Below, piece by piece: positions 8,168 through 17,163 of a DNA stretch of 43,897 nt. The stretch spans positions 1 to 43,897 of the IMG/VR virus record IMGVR_UViG_3300048856_000091. One strand, given 5' to 3'. Source of the DNA: a virus (Duplodnaviria > Caudoviricetes). The notes under the pieces were generated by a model that saw nothing but the letters and a program-made list of their open reading frames with translations, was not told the origin of the DNA and did no database searches. Made by a program: the position numbers and the translations under genes. Position 1 is the stretch's first letter. Each line of letters opens with the position of its first letter.

Positions 8168-9159
8168 GCGCGGGGCAGGGCAGGGGCCGCATTGACGATG
8201 CCGAATTCCGGCGGCTCGTGGACGAGGCCAAGGAGCGTCACAACATCAGCGACGTCGTTCGTCGGCGCACCAAGGTTGTGCCCGCCGATCGTGAGCTGGT
8301 CGCGCTGTGCCTCTTCCACAAGGAGCGCACGCCCTCGATGCGGCTCAACGACGCCAAGGGCATCTACCACTGCTTCGGTTGTGGTGCGTCCGGCGACATC
8401 GTGAAGCTGGTGCGAGAGACCGAGGGTCTCGGCTTCATGGAGGCAATGCGCTGGCTGGGCGCGGCTGGTCTGCCGGCCGTGGATCCTGCTGCACGCATCC
8501 AGGCCGCCGAGGAAGACGAGCGGGACCGCCAGCGGGCGATCGGCCGGGCAGGGGAAGTCTGGGCATCGTCGGTGCCGGCGGCCGGCACGCCCGCGGAGGT
8601 ATATGCGCGCTCGCGTGGCATCACCATGCCGCTCCCTTCTTCCATCCGCTTCGCGATGACGCCTGCGTGGTACGACGATGACGACGGGACCTGCGGACCT
8701 GACCTGCCGGCGCTCGTGGGCGCGGTGACGGACGCGACCGGGATCATCGGGCTGCAGCGCATCTTCCTCGCCAAAGGCGGAAGGGCAAAAGCCGCGATGC
8801 AGAAGCCAAAGCGCAGCCTCGGACGGATCAGGGGCGGCGCGCTCAAGCTGAGCAGCGGGCAGGGGTCTGCGGCGACCGAGATCATCGTGACCGAAGGCCC
8901 GGAGGATGGGCTCAGCCTCGCACAGGAGATGCCAGACCGCGAGGTGTGGGTCGCACTGGGCACGGCGATGATGCCGTTCATCGAATACCCGCTCGCGACG
9001 CGATCGGTGTGTATTGCGGGGCAGAATGACGCCGCTGGCCGCGCCGCTGTCGCGAAGGCGATCCCGGGCATCACCCAGCGAGGGTTTGCGGTCCGGACGA
9101 TCTGGCCAGCCGAGAAGTTCAAGGACTGGAACGACCAGCTGCGGGGGATCCGCGCATGA
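8164..9159 (+). CDS. DNA primase (CHC2 zinc finger plus TOPRIM)
   Basis: CLFHKERTPS...YHCFGCGASGD zinc finger; IIVTEGPEDGLS and KFKDWND TOPRIM motifs; ATGA-coupled. Confidence 0.92.
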   Translation: MSAGQGRGRIDDAEFRRLVDEAKERHNISDVVRRRTKVVPADRELVALCLFHKERTPSMRLNDAKGIYHCFGCGASGDIVKLVRETEGLGFMEAMRWLGAAGLPAVDPAARIQAAEEDERDRQRAIGRAGEVWASSVPAAGTPAEVYARSRGITMPLPSSIRFAMTPAWYDDDDGTCGPDLPALVGAVTDATGIIGLQRIFLAKGGRAKAAMQKPKRSLGRIRGGALKLSSGQGSAATEIIVTEGPEDGLSLAQEMPDREVWVALGTAMMPFIEYPLATRSVCIAGQNDAAGRAAVAKAIPGITQRGFAVRTIWPAEKFKDWNDQLRGIRA

Positions 9160-10592
9160 TCGGCGCCTTCGACCAGCAGATCGCGGCCGCCGACACGGTG
9201 AGCCCACTGCACAACGCGGAAGCGGAGATCAGCCTGCTCTGCGACCTGATCGACGATCCCCGACGCATCGATCTCACGGCCGACGGCGGTCTCCGCGCGG
9301 GCGACTTCTCCGTCCCGCTCTACGGGCAGATCTACGCCCGCATGCTGGAGATGTCGGCCGCCGGCACCGCGATCGACACGATCACGCTGGCGCCTTTCTT
9401 CGCGACCGAAGACGAGTGGCCGCGCGCCCGTGGGGTGCTGGCTGCGGCGGCAATGAACTCGGGGCCGCTGACCCGCACCAAGGGCTACTTCGACCAGATC
9501 AGGATGCTGTCGCAGCGCCGGCGGATGACGGCTGGCCTCCAGGATGTGGTCGTCTCCGCGCGCAACCTCGATGTCACACGCGAGGAGCTGCTGGCGCAGG
9601 CAGACGAAGCGGTCGCGGAGATGGCCGACCAAATCGTCACGCAGCAGGACACCGTCGGCGCCTATGCGCAGGCTGTGATCGACAGCTTCGGCAAGCCGAT
9701 CGTCGGCGTACGCTGCGGGATCATCGGGTCTCTCGACGACAAGATGGGTGTGCTGCGGCCGACGAACATGGTGGTCGTCGGTGGACGTCCGGGCATGGGC
9801 AAGACGTCGGCCGTCACATCCTACTCGATCGGCGCCGCCATGCGCGGGCACGGCGTCCTCATCTTCTCGCTGGAGATGAGCGCGGACGAGCTGACGCGCC
9901 GGATGCTGGCCGACATGTGCTGCTCGGTGGATGCGAGCGTGCCCTATGAGGCGATCCGCGATGGCACGGTGAGCCAATCCGACCTGCCGGCGGTAATCGC
10001 GGCGAAGAAGCGGCTCGATGCCATGCCTCTCGAGATCAACGAGACGGGTGAGCTGACCCTGGCAAAGCTTGTGCGCCAGGCCCGCTCTCACAAGCGGCGG
10101 CTCGCCGCGAAGGGACAGCGGCTTGAGCTGGTCGTGGTCGATTACCTCCAGCTGATGAGCCACAGCCGCAAGGGCATGTCGCCGTACGAGCATGCCTCGG
10201 AGGTTAGCACCGGGCTGAAGGCGTTCGCCAAGGCCGAGGACCTGACCGTCATGGCAGTCGCCCAGCTGAGCCGCGACCTGGAGCGCCGGCCGGACAAGCG
10301 GCCGATGCCGTCGGATCTGCGCGACAGTGGCCAGATTGAGCAGGACGCCGATGTGATCCTTTTCGTCTACCGCGAGGAGGAATACCTCCGCCGCGCAGAG
10401 CCGGAAGACCAGTTCGGCCCGAAGTACGAGGCCTGGCGCACCGACATGGAAGCGGTTCGCAACAAGATCGAGTTCATCGTCGCGAAGCGCCGCAGCGGTC
10501 CGACAGGGAAGGCCATGGGCTGGTTCTTCGGCGCGAACGCCGCCGTCCGCGGCAGCGACTTCTATCAGAATGGAGCGTGGCCCAATGGCTGA
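9156..10592 (+). CDS. dnaB: DnaB-like replicative helicase
   Basis: GGRPGMGKT Walker A, FSLEMS, VVVDYLQLM, QLSR, SDLRDSGQIEQDAD. Confidence 0.95.
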   Translation: MIGAFDQQIAAADTVSPLHNAEAEISLLCDLIDDPRRIDLTADGGLRAGDFSVPLYGQIYARMLEMSAAGTAIDTITLAPFFATEDEWPRARGVLAAAAMNSGPLTRTKGYFDQIRMLSQRRRMTAGLQDVVVSARNLDVTREELLAQADEAVAEMADQIVTQQDTVGAYAQAVIDSFGKPIVGVRCGIIGSLDDKMGVLRPTNMVVVGGRPGMGKTSAVTSYSIGAAMRGHGVLIFSLEMSADELTRRMLADMCCSVDASVPYEAIRDGTVSQSDLPAVIAAKKRLDAMPLEINETGELTLAKLVRQARSHKRRLAAKGQRLELVVVDYLQLMSHSRKGMSPYEHASEVSTGLKAFAKAEDLTVMAVAQLSRDLERRPDKRPMPSDLRDSGQIEQDADVILFVYREEEYLRRAEPEDQFGPKYEAWRTDMEAVRNKIEFIVAKRRSGPTGKAMGWFFGANAAVRGSDFYQNGAWPNG

Positions 10593-11352
10593 GTTTCCCG
10601 CGCTGCCGCTCTGGACCGACGCCTATCTGGGCGACACCACGCACCTGACCACGATCGAGCATGGCGCCTACCTGCTTCTGCTGATCGCCGCTTGGCGTTC
10701 TGGTGACACTCGGCTGCCTGACGACGACAAGAAGCTGGCCCGTTACGCCCGTCTGACCCCCGGCCAGTGGGCACGGATCAAGCCGACGATCCTCGACTTC
10801 TTCCACGTCGCCGATGGCTGGTGGACGCAGCGCCGTCTAACAGACGAGGCAGTTGCCGTGAGACAGAAGCGGCAAGCCCAATCTGACAACGGGCGAGCTA
10901 GTGCATTGAAAAGAAAGGGAAGGCACTCAGCCGAGCGACCAACCAAACCGCAATCGAGCGACCAACCGGATGCCAACCAACCGGCAACCCCCATATCCAC
11001 ACCCAGTTCCGTATCTAAAGATACGGGCGCCGCGGCGCCGATTGATGATCCTGTGAAGGCTTTGATCGACACGGGGATCGCGCTGCTCGTTGCAGCCGAA
11101 GTGCCGGGGAGCAGGGCCCGATCGATCATCGGGAAATGGCGCAGGGACCACGGCGACGCGCAGACGCTCGCCGCGATCGTTGCCGCTCGTGACGGCGGTA
11201 TCACCCAGCCGGTCGAGTGGATCACTGCGCGCTTCCGATCGGCCGGCGAGCAGGAGGACGAGGCTCTCGCGATCAGCCGGGCGACTGCCGAGCGGTACCG
11301 CAGGATGGACATGCCAGGACCGCCGCGAGCGGCTGCCGGGGAGGGGCGATGA
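10585..11352 (+). CDS. DUF1376/YdaU-like replication initiator
   Basis: LPLWTDAYLGDTTHLTTIEHGAYLLLL...LPDDDKKLAR signature. Confidence 0.85.
   Translation: MAEFPALPLWTDAYLGDTTHLTTIEHGAYLLLLIAAWRSGDTRLPDDDKKLARYARLTPGQWARIKPTILDFFHVADGWWTQRRLTDEAVAVRQKRQAQSDNGRASALKRKGRHSAERPTKPQSSDQPDANQPATPISTPSSVSKDTGAAAPIDDPVKALIDTGIALLVAAEVPGSRARSIIGKWRRDHGDAQTLAAIVAARDGGITQPVEWITARFRSAGEQEDEALAISRATAERYRRMDMPGPPRAAAGEGR
10932..11026. repeat. Candidate replication origin (iteron-like repeats plus palindrome) inside the initiator gene
   Basis: CGAGCGACCAACC at 10932 and 10955; ACCAACCGG at 10961 and 10976; CCGTATCT-AA-AGATACGG at 11009-11026. Confidence 0.5.
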
Positions 11353-11975
11353 TGGTTGCCCGGAAGGCATGGCAGGGCGGCCATCGTTGCCGCCCCGCCA
11401 GTTTTAGCTCAGCGGCAGACCCGCACGCGATGGTGGTTGCGCCAGACCGTGCGGCAGCGCTGGTGGTGGTTACGGGCCTGGTGACGACGGCGATCGTCGC
11501 GGCCGTAGTGGTTGCCGCGGTTGTCGCGCTGCTCGTACCGGCCATGGTTCCGGTTGCCATTGTCGCGCTGCTCGTAGCGGCCATTATCCCGGTTGCCGTC
11601 GTGGCGCTGGGCTTCCGCGCTCACGCTGGTGCCAAGCGCGGCTACCATGAGCCCGGCTGTGGCGATGATCTTGGTGATGTTCATCCGTCGTCCTTTTGTG
11701 CCCGGGGAATGGGCATCGGTCACGACTACGCCTCGGTCACGGCATCGTTCCTGAACGGCTCTGTAGGGCTGTGTGCAGGTGGCGTTGGCGTTCCCCTGAT
11801 CTCTGTCCGCGAGGTGGACGGCTTAAGGGCCGAGGAGTGGGCGGCGGCGAAAGCAATCGCGAGCAGCCAGCGCGCCGTCCGTGGAACTCGCCATTGCCGA
11901 ATGGTGAAGGAGGCATTCGACGTCTCCGGCGCGGCGCATCGAATTACCGGAGAAGCAGATCGGGGGAACGCATGA
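11349..11975 (+). CDS. Possible 'bridge' ORF spanning an antisense gene
   Basis: ATGA overlaps at 11349-11352 and 11972-11975; its hydrophobic middle is the antisense of 11409-11684. Confidence 0.35.
   Translation: MMVARKAWQGGHRCRPASFSSAADPHAMVVAPDRAAALVVVTGLVTTAIVAAVVVAAVVALLVPAMVPVAIVALLVAAIIPVAVVALGFRAHAGAKRGYHEPGCGDDLGDVHPSSFCARGMGIGHDYASVTASFLNGSVGLCAGGVGVPLISVREVDGLRAEEWAAAKAIASSQRAVRGTRHCRMVKEAFDVSGAAHRITGEADRGNA
11409..11684 (-). CDS. Small secreted Arg/Gly/Asn/His-rich protein (moron)
   Basis: Signal peptide MNITKIIATAGLMVAALGTSVSAEA; repeated GRYEQRDN; C-terminal CRTVWRNHHRVRVCR; AAGGA RBS. Confidence 0.8.
   Translation of the reverse strand: MNITKIIATAGLMVAALGTSVSAEAQRHDGNRDNGRYEQRDNGNRNHGRYEQRDNRGNHYGRDDRRRHQARNHHQRCRTVWRNHHRVRVCR
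11727..11751 (-). promoter_or_regulatory. Candidate EcfG (general stress sigma) promoter for the 11409-11684 gene
   Basis: Minus strand reads GGAAC-N16-CGTA; the consensus is GGAAC-N16-CGTT. Confidence 0.5.
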
Positions 11976-12805
11976 GCGCAAATGACGAAACCCGCGCGCA
12001 GCGCATCGCACGAGCACGCCAGGAGCTGGCTGATCGCTACGCCGCGGATCCTGCCAGCGTAACGGCGTTCAACCTCCGGATGGCGCGCTTGGCGGCTGCC
12101 CGGAAGCGCGAACGCCAGCGGGTCGATCACCTGGTGCTGGGGAAGCCGCGGCCCAAGCCTGTCCCCGTGAAGCCCGCAGGCATGCCCCGCGCCGAGTGGA
12201 AGGTGGAGCGGAAGCGGCAGCTGGCAGCTGGTGCGGAGCTCGAGCCCGGCCTGGAAGAAGCGATGAAGCTGAAGGAAGCGTGGTCGCACAAGCAGACGGG
12301 GACGCCAGAGACTCACCAGCACGCCGAGCGCACGCACGCTGACGCGCTGATCCAGCTCGAACGCAATGGCACGATCGACAAGGAGCAGCTGGAGTGGGCG
12401 GCCCAGATCGCCAACGTTTATCGTAGTCTGGAGGCTGACGTCGCGCTGAAGGTCGCGAGCTTCGAGGCGCGGGTGGACAGCTCACGGCAGTGCGGCGGCC
12501 TGGTGGTTGAGAGCGTACGCCGGGTGCGGCTGCACCTGGCGTATGGCTACTGGCGGGAGGACCTGCCCCAGCCGCGGCAGATGGTGCTCGACATGATCGT
12601 CGGTGACCCGATCGGCTACACGGTGGCGGCGAAGCGCTATGGCGTCCACAACCGCAAGGCCAAGCGCTTCTTGCTGGACGCGATCAATGCCTGGCCGGAC
12701 TGTGTTGGCCGCGCGTACCGGCTCTACAGTCATGATGAGATTCAGGCTGCGACTCAGGCTCCGTTTGCGGAGTCATGTGGCAAATGCACCGAGCAGCGTC
12801 GATGA
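11972..12805 (+). CDS. Phage protein in the Q/late-regulator position
   Basis: Last gene of the early right operon; C-terminal HTH-like IGYTVAAKRYGVHNRKAKRFLLDAI. Confidence 0.6.
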   Translation: MSANDETRAQRIARARQELADRYAADPASVTAFNLRMARLAAARKRERQRVDHLVLGKPRPKPVPVKPAGMPRAEWKVERKRQLAAGAELEPGLEEAMKLKEAWSHKQTGTPETHQHAERTHADALIQLERNGTIDKEQLEWAAQIANVYRSLEADVALKVASFEARVDSSRQCGGLVVESVRRVRLHLAYGYWREDLPQPRQMVLDMIVGDPIGYTVAAKRYGVHNRKAKRFLLDAINAWPDCVGRAYRLYSHDEIQAATQAPFAESCGKCTEQRR

Positions 12806-12901
12806 CGGCTTGTAGCCGTGCCGGCAGTCGCGGCGCGGATGCGCTACGATTGTCATCAACCGCGGCTTGGTCGCGCCGCCGCGGCATGTCAGACCCGCCG
12901 C

Positions 12902-13759
12902 ATGAGCCCCGCCTCCCGCCCCCCGACGGCCGGCGCGCCGCCGCGCATCGGCATGGACCTTCGGCCGCCGAGCTGGCGCCCGACCGATGTCACCGCCGAT
13001 CCGGCGCATCAGTCGCGGCGGATCGGCAGCCGGATCGTGCTGAGCTTTGCGATGAAGGGCGGGGGCGACCCGTTCGTCCGCTGGCTCCACAACCGGTTGA
13101 TGGAGCGGCTCGCGCTGTCGAAGAAGTCGATCTACGCCGATCATATTCTCGCGCCCTACCTGCCGCGCGACGAGGTGCCATTCGCCGAGCGCGAGACGGT
13201 GGGGCCGTTCCAGCGCGAGGTGGAGGAGGCGCTGACCCCCGGGCTGCCGGCGGGGATCTACGGTCGGACGCTCCGCACGCTGCCCGCGCGCACCCCTGGG
13301 ATGACGATCACCCCCGACCTGCGCCCCGAGATGCGTCGCCCTGACGGAAGCTTCCCTTATGCCGGGATCCGCCGCGACGACTGGGAGGTGCTGTTCCAGT
13401 CGGCGGTGCGGACCTCGCAGGTGGCGCTGCTGGTGCTCAACGACCATTATATGCGCAGCGACTTCTGCCGCGCCGAGGTGCGGATGATCCGCGAGGAGAA
13501 CGAGGCGCGCGCGCGCGACGGCAGAGCGCGGCTGCGCGTGGTGGCGCTGCGGCTGGGCAAGGGGATCGACCATGACGCGACGACCGCGGGCGCGATCGAC
13601 CAGATGATCCGCGTCGCGATGGATGATCCGCGCATCGTCACGGTGACCCCCGCGCTGCCCGCGCCCGGCACCCCGCAGGCGCACCAGATCAACTGGACGA
13701 TCTCCGAGGACGACCTTGCGCGCGTGATCGCCGCGATCGGCCCATTAACCGCGGGCTAG
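12902..13759 (+). CDS. Stand-alone TIR-domain protein (start uncertain: 12818, 12902 or 12953)
   Basis: IVLSFA...FVRWLHNRL...IYAD, then WEVLFQSAVRTSQVALLVLNDHYMRSDFCRAEV...RVVALRL, matching the TIR element order with the catalytic Glu. Confidence 0.75.
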   Translation: MSPASRPPTAGAPPRIGMDLRPPSWRPTDVTADPAHQSRRIGSRIVLSFAMKGGGDPFVRWLHNRLMERLALSKKSIYADHILAPYLPRDEVPFAERETVGPFQREVEEALTPGLPAGIYGRTLRTLPARTPGMTITPDLRPEMRRPDGSFPYAGIRRDDWEVLFQSAVRTSQVALLVLNDHYMRSDFCRAEVRMIREENEARARDGRARLRVVALRLGKGIDHDATTAGAIDQMIRVAMDDPRIVTVTPALPAPGTPQAHQINWTISEDDLARVIAAIGPLTAG

Positions 13760-14012
13760 CCAGGCGCGGGCGAAGGGCCGCCAGCGCCTGTGCGACCACG
13801 CTCGCCACGAGGCGCCGCGCGCGGGAGGGGCGCCCTTTTGGTGTCGCGGGTACAGCGAGGAGGACATCCAAGCTGCTGCAGATGCGGCGCTTTGATCAGA
13901 CCAACGAATCGGGCATGTGAAGCCCGGGCGAATTTGCGTTTCAGGAGGCGAAACGGGTGCCGGCTTCAGCCGAAGTCGACGCATTCATGTTCGCCGGCGC
14001 CGCTACTCGCCG

Positions 14013-14165
14013 TCATCTCGTCTGGCTGCCATGTGCCGCCTGCTCCGGAAGGGACTGGCTTGCAGCCGGCGTCGTTGTGGGCTGCACATGCAACGACCGT
14101 ACGATCGCCCAACCTGCCACGACCGCCGTGGCGATGATCAGCACGAAGATCAGCTTCGCCAGCAT
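14013..14165 (-). CDS. Small single-TM protein
   Basis: MLAKLIFVLIIATAVVAGWAIVRSL hydrophobic helix. Confidence 0.45.
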   Translation of the reverse strand: MLAKLIFVLIIATAVVAGWAIVRSLHVQPTTTPAASQSLPEQAAHGSQTR

Positions 14166-14373
14166 GTTCGGTTTTTGGCGCACGCATCGCTTTCTGTTGC
14201 GACGCAACAATCGAGCGCCTCGGTCTTAACAGTGCGGCGCGCAACACGTTGCATTTGCAAAGGAATTATCTGTCGTCTTGAGTGCAGCGCAATCCGAGGC
14301 GGCGAGGGGGCGTATGTCCACCATTCATCAGCCAATTAGAGGCGGGTGACTTGTGGCAGAACGGGCTTCCGCC

Positions 14374-15522
14374 TCAGGCAGCAGGGTTCTCGAAAGTGAT
14401 CCGCACCGCAACGCCTGCGCCACCCTCGACCGCGATGTTTCCACGAATTTGGTTCACGAGCGAGCGGACCAGGCCATACCCAAGCGAACCCTCCCGCACC
14501 TGGCCCATCCCGACGCCGTCGTCTCGAACCAACAGTTCAACCGTCGTGCTCCCGGTCCGCTGGGCTTGCGCAAGTACGACCCCGCTCCGACCGTTCGGAA
14601 AGGCGTACTTCAAAGCGTTCGTGATTAGCTCGGTCAGCACGATCCCTACCGGGAAAGCCGTGTCCGGATCGAGCAATATCCCGGTGTCGGCCTCCGCTCG
14701 GACGCGAATGCGATCCCGATCTGCGATGCCGCCGAGGGCATCGCAGAGCTGCACCAGATAGGTGGCAAGGTCGACCCGTTGGCCAGTCTCCGACTTGCTC
14801 AGCAGATCGTGTACCTTGGCCATGGCATGCAGCCGTTCCTGAGCTGCTTCGAATTGCTTCCGCACAGCAGGATCCGCCTGCCGCCTCGCTTGCACCGAGA
14901 GGAGGCCGTTGGCCACTGCAAGGCTATTCTTGGCGCGATGATTCACTTCGACCATCAGGAGATCGCGCTGGACCACCAGATCCGTGAGCTCGGCGTTCGC
15001 AGCCTGCAGCTCGGCAGTACGGTCGGCAACTCGGGTTTCGAGTTCCGCTGTCAGGATCCGCAGTTTCTCCTCGGCCTCCCAGCGCTGGGTGATGTCGAGG
15101 TAGGAGAGGAAGTGGCTGGTAACCGTGCCCTGGCCATCTTCCACCGGGCTGGCGAACAGCATGGCGCGAAAGGCAGAGCCGTCCTTCCGGTACTGGACGA
15201 TCTCCAGCGTCGCATCCCGGCGCTCGTGCATCGCCTGCGTGTACCGCTTGATCGCGTCCGCATCGGTGCCCGCGCCGTTCATGAAGTGCGGATCCTGGCC
15301 GAGCAACTCCTCGAGGGAGTAGCCGCTCAGTTCAAGGAAGGCCGGATTGGCAAAAGTGATCGGGTTGCCGGGCAGAGTTGCGTCTGCAACCAACATTGGC
15401 ATGCGGGTCCGCCGGACCGCCTCTACAAACAGGCCTCCTTGCTGCTCGACCGCGTCGACGTGCTGACCCGCACGAGTGCGCGCGGCCGTGTCGGGCATGT
15501 CGGGCTTGAACTCGTTGACCAT
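14374..15522 (-). CDS. PAS (LOV-like) sensor histidine kinase, HisKA_2/HWE group
   Basis: NPITFANPAFLELSGYS..E.LG and YRKDG PAS motifs; EVNHRAKN H-box; ELITNALKYAF, VRDDGVG and SLGYGLV. Confidence 0.92.
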   Translation of the reverse strand: MVNEFKPDMPDTAARTRAGQHVDAVEQQGGLFVEAVRRTRMPMLVADATLPGNPITFANPAFLELSGYSLEELLGQDPHFMNGAGTDADAIKRYTQAMHERRDATLEIVQYRKDGSAFRAMLFASPVEDGQGTVTSHFLSYLDITQRWEAEEKLRILTAELETRVADRTAELQAANAELTDLVVQRDLLMVEVNHRAKNSLAVANGLLSVQARRQADPAVRKQFEAAQERLHAMAKVHDLLSKSETGQRVDLATYLVQLCDALGGIADRDRIRVRAEADTGILLDPDTAFPVGIVLTELITNALKYAFPNGRSGVVLAQAQRTGSTTVELLVRDDGVGMGQVREGSLGYGLVRSLVNQIRGNIAVEGGAGVAVRITFENPAA

Positions 15523-15788
15523 GTTCTGAAGGATGTCCTGGGAGGCGGGGAGGCGGGGAGTGCCTATGACGGGCAGCCCGACAGCTCAAGCGATTCCCAG
15601 CAGCCCGGAAGAAGCCCTGCAATCGACGGATCACCACCAAGCGCGGTGGCGGACGTTTCATTGATCCCGACGGCCAGCGATCAACGCGCTTCCGGCGTAT
15701 TGTGGCTGAGCAGGGCCACGGCCTAAAGTCGCGGCTCTTCCGGTATCCCGCTGTTGGCAGCCCGGGCGGCTCGCGGCATCAGCAGCGG

Positions 15789-16547
15789 TCAGGCCGCCTC
15801 GGTGATCCGGGGGGATTGCCCATCGAGCAGCATGAAGCCCGGGTCAAAGTCGCCAATCGTCACCAGTTGGTCCCAGTCATGAATGGTGACTAAACCCGCG
15901 CGCGCTGTCGCGATGGATCGCGTTCTCAGCTCTTTCATCATGCGGTTGACGTGAACGCTTGTGAGGCCCGTCGCGTCTGCAATGTCGGTCTGGGTGATCG
16001 GCAGCGGGAAGGAATGCCTATTACCCTGACGTGCCCGCTCAAGCCTGATGCCCATCTCGCAGAACAGGTGCGCCAAGCGGGACAGCGCGTCCCGGCGACC
16101 GACGTTGACGACCCATTCCGAGAAGATCGACCCGTCCGCCACGCAATCTCGCCAGAATGCTTCCGCGATGCCGGGGTATTTAGCGGCGACCCGACGAAGG
16201 TCAGCGTGCGGTAAGCGCAGGATCGTCGCGCCCGTAAGCGCTCCAAGCCCCCACGCAGACTTCGGGCTCACCACCGATGGAAGATCGCCCATGTCGCCAG
16301 GGATGTGGAGACAAGTGATCTGCCGATCCCCCTCGTGGGTTTGGCCGAAACGGCCAACAATGCCGTGTACTACCAGGCAGGAATGATCGACGTAATCACC
16401 CAGGCGAACGATGTCCGCGTGGGCGGGGACCTGTTTCATTTGACCGCTCAGGTTGAGCAGCGCGCTCACTTCCTCTTCGGTGAGAATCGAGCGCGAGGCC
16501 AAGCGATCCACAAACAGCTGAAGCGCTGCGTCCTTCGATTTAATCAT
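15789..16547 (-). CDS. Crp/Fnr-family transcriptional regulator
   Basis: GDRQITCLHIPGD; RLAHLFCE; PITQTDIADATGLTSVHVNRMMKELR HTH. Confidence 0.93.
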   Translation of the reverse strand: MIKSKDAALQLFVDRLASRSILTEEEVSALLNLSGQMKQVPAHADIVRLGDYVDHSCLVVHGIVGRFGQTHEGDRQITCLHIPGDMGDLPSVVSPKSAWGLGALTGATILRLPHADLRRVAAKYPGIAEAFWRDCVADGSIFSEWVVNVGRRDALSRLAHLFCEMGIRLERARQGNRHSFPLPITQTDIADATGLTSVHVNRMMKELRTRSIATARAGLVTIHDWDQLVTIGDFDPGFMLLDGQSPRITEAA

Positions 16548-16620
16548 GATGTTGCTCCGGCTCAGGGCGGGAGCGCACAGGTCTCGCAGCCACCGACGCC
16601 AACGATACGTTGCCGGTGAT
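16548..16620 (-). promoter_or_regulatory. Structured 5' leader of the Crp/Fnr gene
   Basis: GCTCC...GGAGC stem (16554-16574) covering the SD, plus a CACCG/CAACG...CGTTG/CGGTG stem. Confidence 0.45.
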
Positions 16621-16803
16621 TGGCCAACCTACCACGGCTGCGGGCGATCACCTAACTGCTGAAGGATTGTCAGTGCTGAATTTACCTGATGCAGTTTGTT
16701 GCGGATCAGCGACGGTTCATCGCAGTGGTGACATTGTTCGCACCGCAACCGGGCACACGCGATTGGAAGTGCGGCGCGTCCGGGCGATGTGAGGAGCCAA
16801 CCC

Positions 16804-17043
16804 ATGCCGCTGTATTTCATGCATCTACGGGACTCCTCGGACGAGGTGCTGGATCCTGATGGCGTGGTGTTGGCGGAAGAGGCCATTGCCGGTGCAGCGC
16901 TGCTCGCAGCACGCGACTGCATTGCCCATGACATCCGATCCGGGCGGCTTGAGCTCGGATACCGGATCGACGTTCACAACGAAGAGGGTGAGATCGTCCA
17001 CACCCTGCAGTTTGCCGATGCCGTGGCAATCACATCTGCGTAG
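16804..17043 (+). CDS. DUF6894-family protein
   Basis: MPLYFMHLRD...DPDGVVL...AARDCIA...RIDVHNEEGEIV; GAGGAG RBS. Confidence 0.8.
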   Translation: MPLYFMHLRDSSDEVLDPDGVVLAEEAIAGAALLAARDCIAHDIRSGRLELGYRIDVHNEEGEIVHTLQFADAVAITSA

Positions 17044-17163
17044 CGTCGATATGGCATCGGGCCGGGCATGCGGACATCGGATGCAAGTACAGGCGGATCG
17101 GTACTGTTATCCCGAGCGTTTGATGTGTGTGCCCGCTCCCGCGGTCACGCACGAAGGAACTTC

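Noticed and set aside
8364-10193. 609-aa minus-strand ORF
   Set aside because: Shadow of primase/helicase, typical of high-GC DNA
11519-11583. Direct repeat as a CRISPR or DGR element
   Set aside because: Only two copies, explained by the GRYEQRDN peptide repeat; no cas or reverse transcriptase gene in the window
13892-13905. TTGATCAGACCAA as an FNR/FixK box
   Set aside because: Spacing and right half do not match TTGAT-N4-ATCAA
14779-15726. 315-aa plus-strand ORF
   Set aside because: Shadow of the histidine kinase
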